Source of the DNA: Candidatus Levybacteria bacterium RIFCSPHIGHO2_01_FULL_41_15
Lineage (GTDB): Bacteria; Patescibacteriota; Microgenomatia; Levybacterales; UBA12049
Direction: 5' to 3'
DNA: 64,000 bases
Assembly (NCBI GenBank): GCA_001782165.1
Contig: MFNV01000006.1
Coordinates: 444-64,443 of the forward strand
Shown in pieces: positions 63,393 to 64,000 of this stretch (positions within the stretch are counted from its first letter, which is position 1; each line of letters starts with the position of its first letter). A program made the position numbers and the translations under genes. The notes beneath the pieces were generated by a model. That model ran no database searches and had not been told where the DNA came from. It saw only the letters and a list, made by a program, of their open reading frames with translations.

Positions 63393-64000
63393 TTATCTTA
63401 ATATTTTTGAAGCAAGTTTTATTTTATCTGTAACAATGTCTGTAATTCCTGCGTTTTTGAAATATTTTATACCTTTTTCATTATTTATAACTCCTGCCAT
63501 TACGCGAAATCCTCTATCGTTATAAAATTTTTTTAATTTTTTGAGTCTATTTTGTGATATAAGAGTCTTGAAAATCTGCTGGCTCCCCTTCCACTCATCT
63601 ATCCATCCCAAGAAAACTCCATAACTTTTCTTGGGAGGTCTTATAAAAGATAAAATAGGAAGATTGAGAAACGGAATAACTCGAAGCTTTGGATATTTTT
63701 CCTGAAAAGAAAGTGCGGTTTTAATATAAATCGAGAAGCCGATCAAATGAACTAAGTCCCAAAGGTTTTCTTTCTTTATTTTTTCGGATACTTGTTTAAC
63801 AAGTTTTGGAGAGGAATCCTTAAGTTCAAGAAAAAAAGGCCTTTTTTTATATTTTATGTAATCAAAAAGATCAGACAGGGAAAGCTGATCTTTGTATTCT
63901 GAGTCAGAAATTTTATCATGCGACACAATTACCTTATCATTGATGATAAACCTTAAATCACACTCAATTCCACTGGCTCCGAGTCTAAAAGCTTCTTCAA
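63393..64000 (-). CDS. Glycerophosphodiester phosphodiesterase family protein, 5'-truncated by the window end
   Basis: The frame extends upstream of the ORF call: EEAFRLGASGIECDLR...VIVSHD; FLELK; C-terminal GITDIVTD. Confidence 0.85.
   Translation of the reverse strand, partial: EEAFRLGASGIECDLRFIINDKVIVSHDKISDSEYKDQLSLSDLFDYIKYKKRPFFLELKDSSPKLVKQVSEKIKKENLWDLVHLIGFSIYIKTALSFQEKYPKLRVIPFLNLPILSFIRPPKKSYGVFLGWIDEWKGSQQIFKTLISQNRLKKLKKFYNDRGFRVMAGVINNEKGIKYFKNAGITDIVTDKIKLASKILR

Overview
The window looks like an AT-rich, compact Patescibacteria (CPR) chromosome segment, most like Microgenomates. Standard code, many apparently leaderless genes and heptamer/palindromic repeats support this; the taxonomy is inferred, not searched. 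Housekeeping content includes mreB, ndk, argS, leuS, rho, radA, rpsA, comEA and a split comEC, dsbA/VKOR, a sortase, glycosyltransferases, a VirD4-like ATPase and tRNAs. The main candidate novel system spans 1-9380. It is an F1-like ATPase operon (b, delta, alpha, gamma, beta, short epsilon) with no subunit a. Its subunit-c-like hairpin lacks the ion-binding carboxylate and is fused to an exported beta-domain. That domain recurs in a giant surface protein at 35970-40088 carrying cytoplasmic integrase-type DNA-binding domains. The operon is headed by a catalytically degenerate Fic-HTH gene and is divergent from a second DNA-binding (MerR/BldC-like HTH)-TM-fibre gene. Other highlights: a complete tRNA-Arg(CCT) nested inside a 37/38 insertion of a second tRNA-Arg(CCT); palindromic and heptamer repeats inserted in frame into essential genes; and a GC-rich island encoding a chain of Shine-Dalgarno-led microproteins. 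All calls come from reading motifs by eye; no database searches were run.
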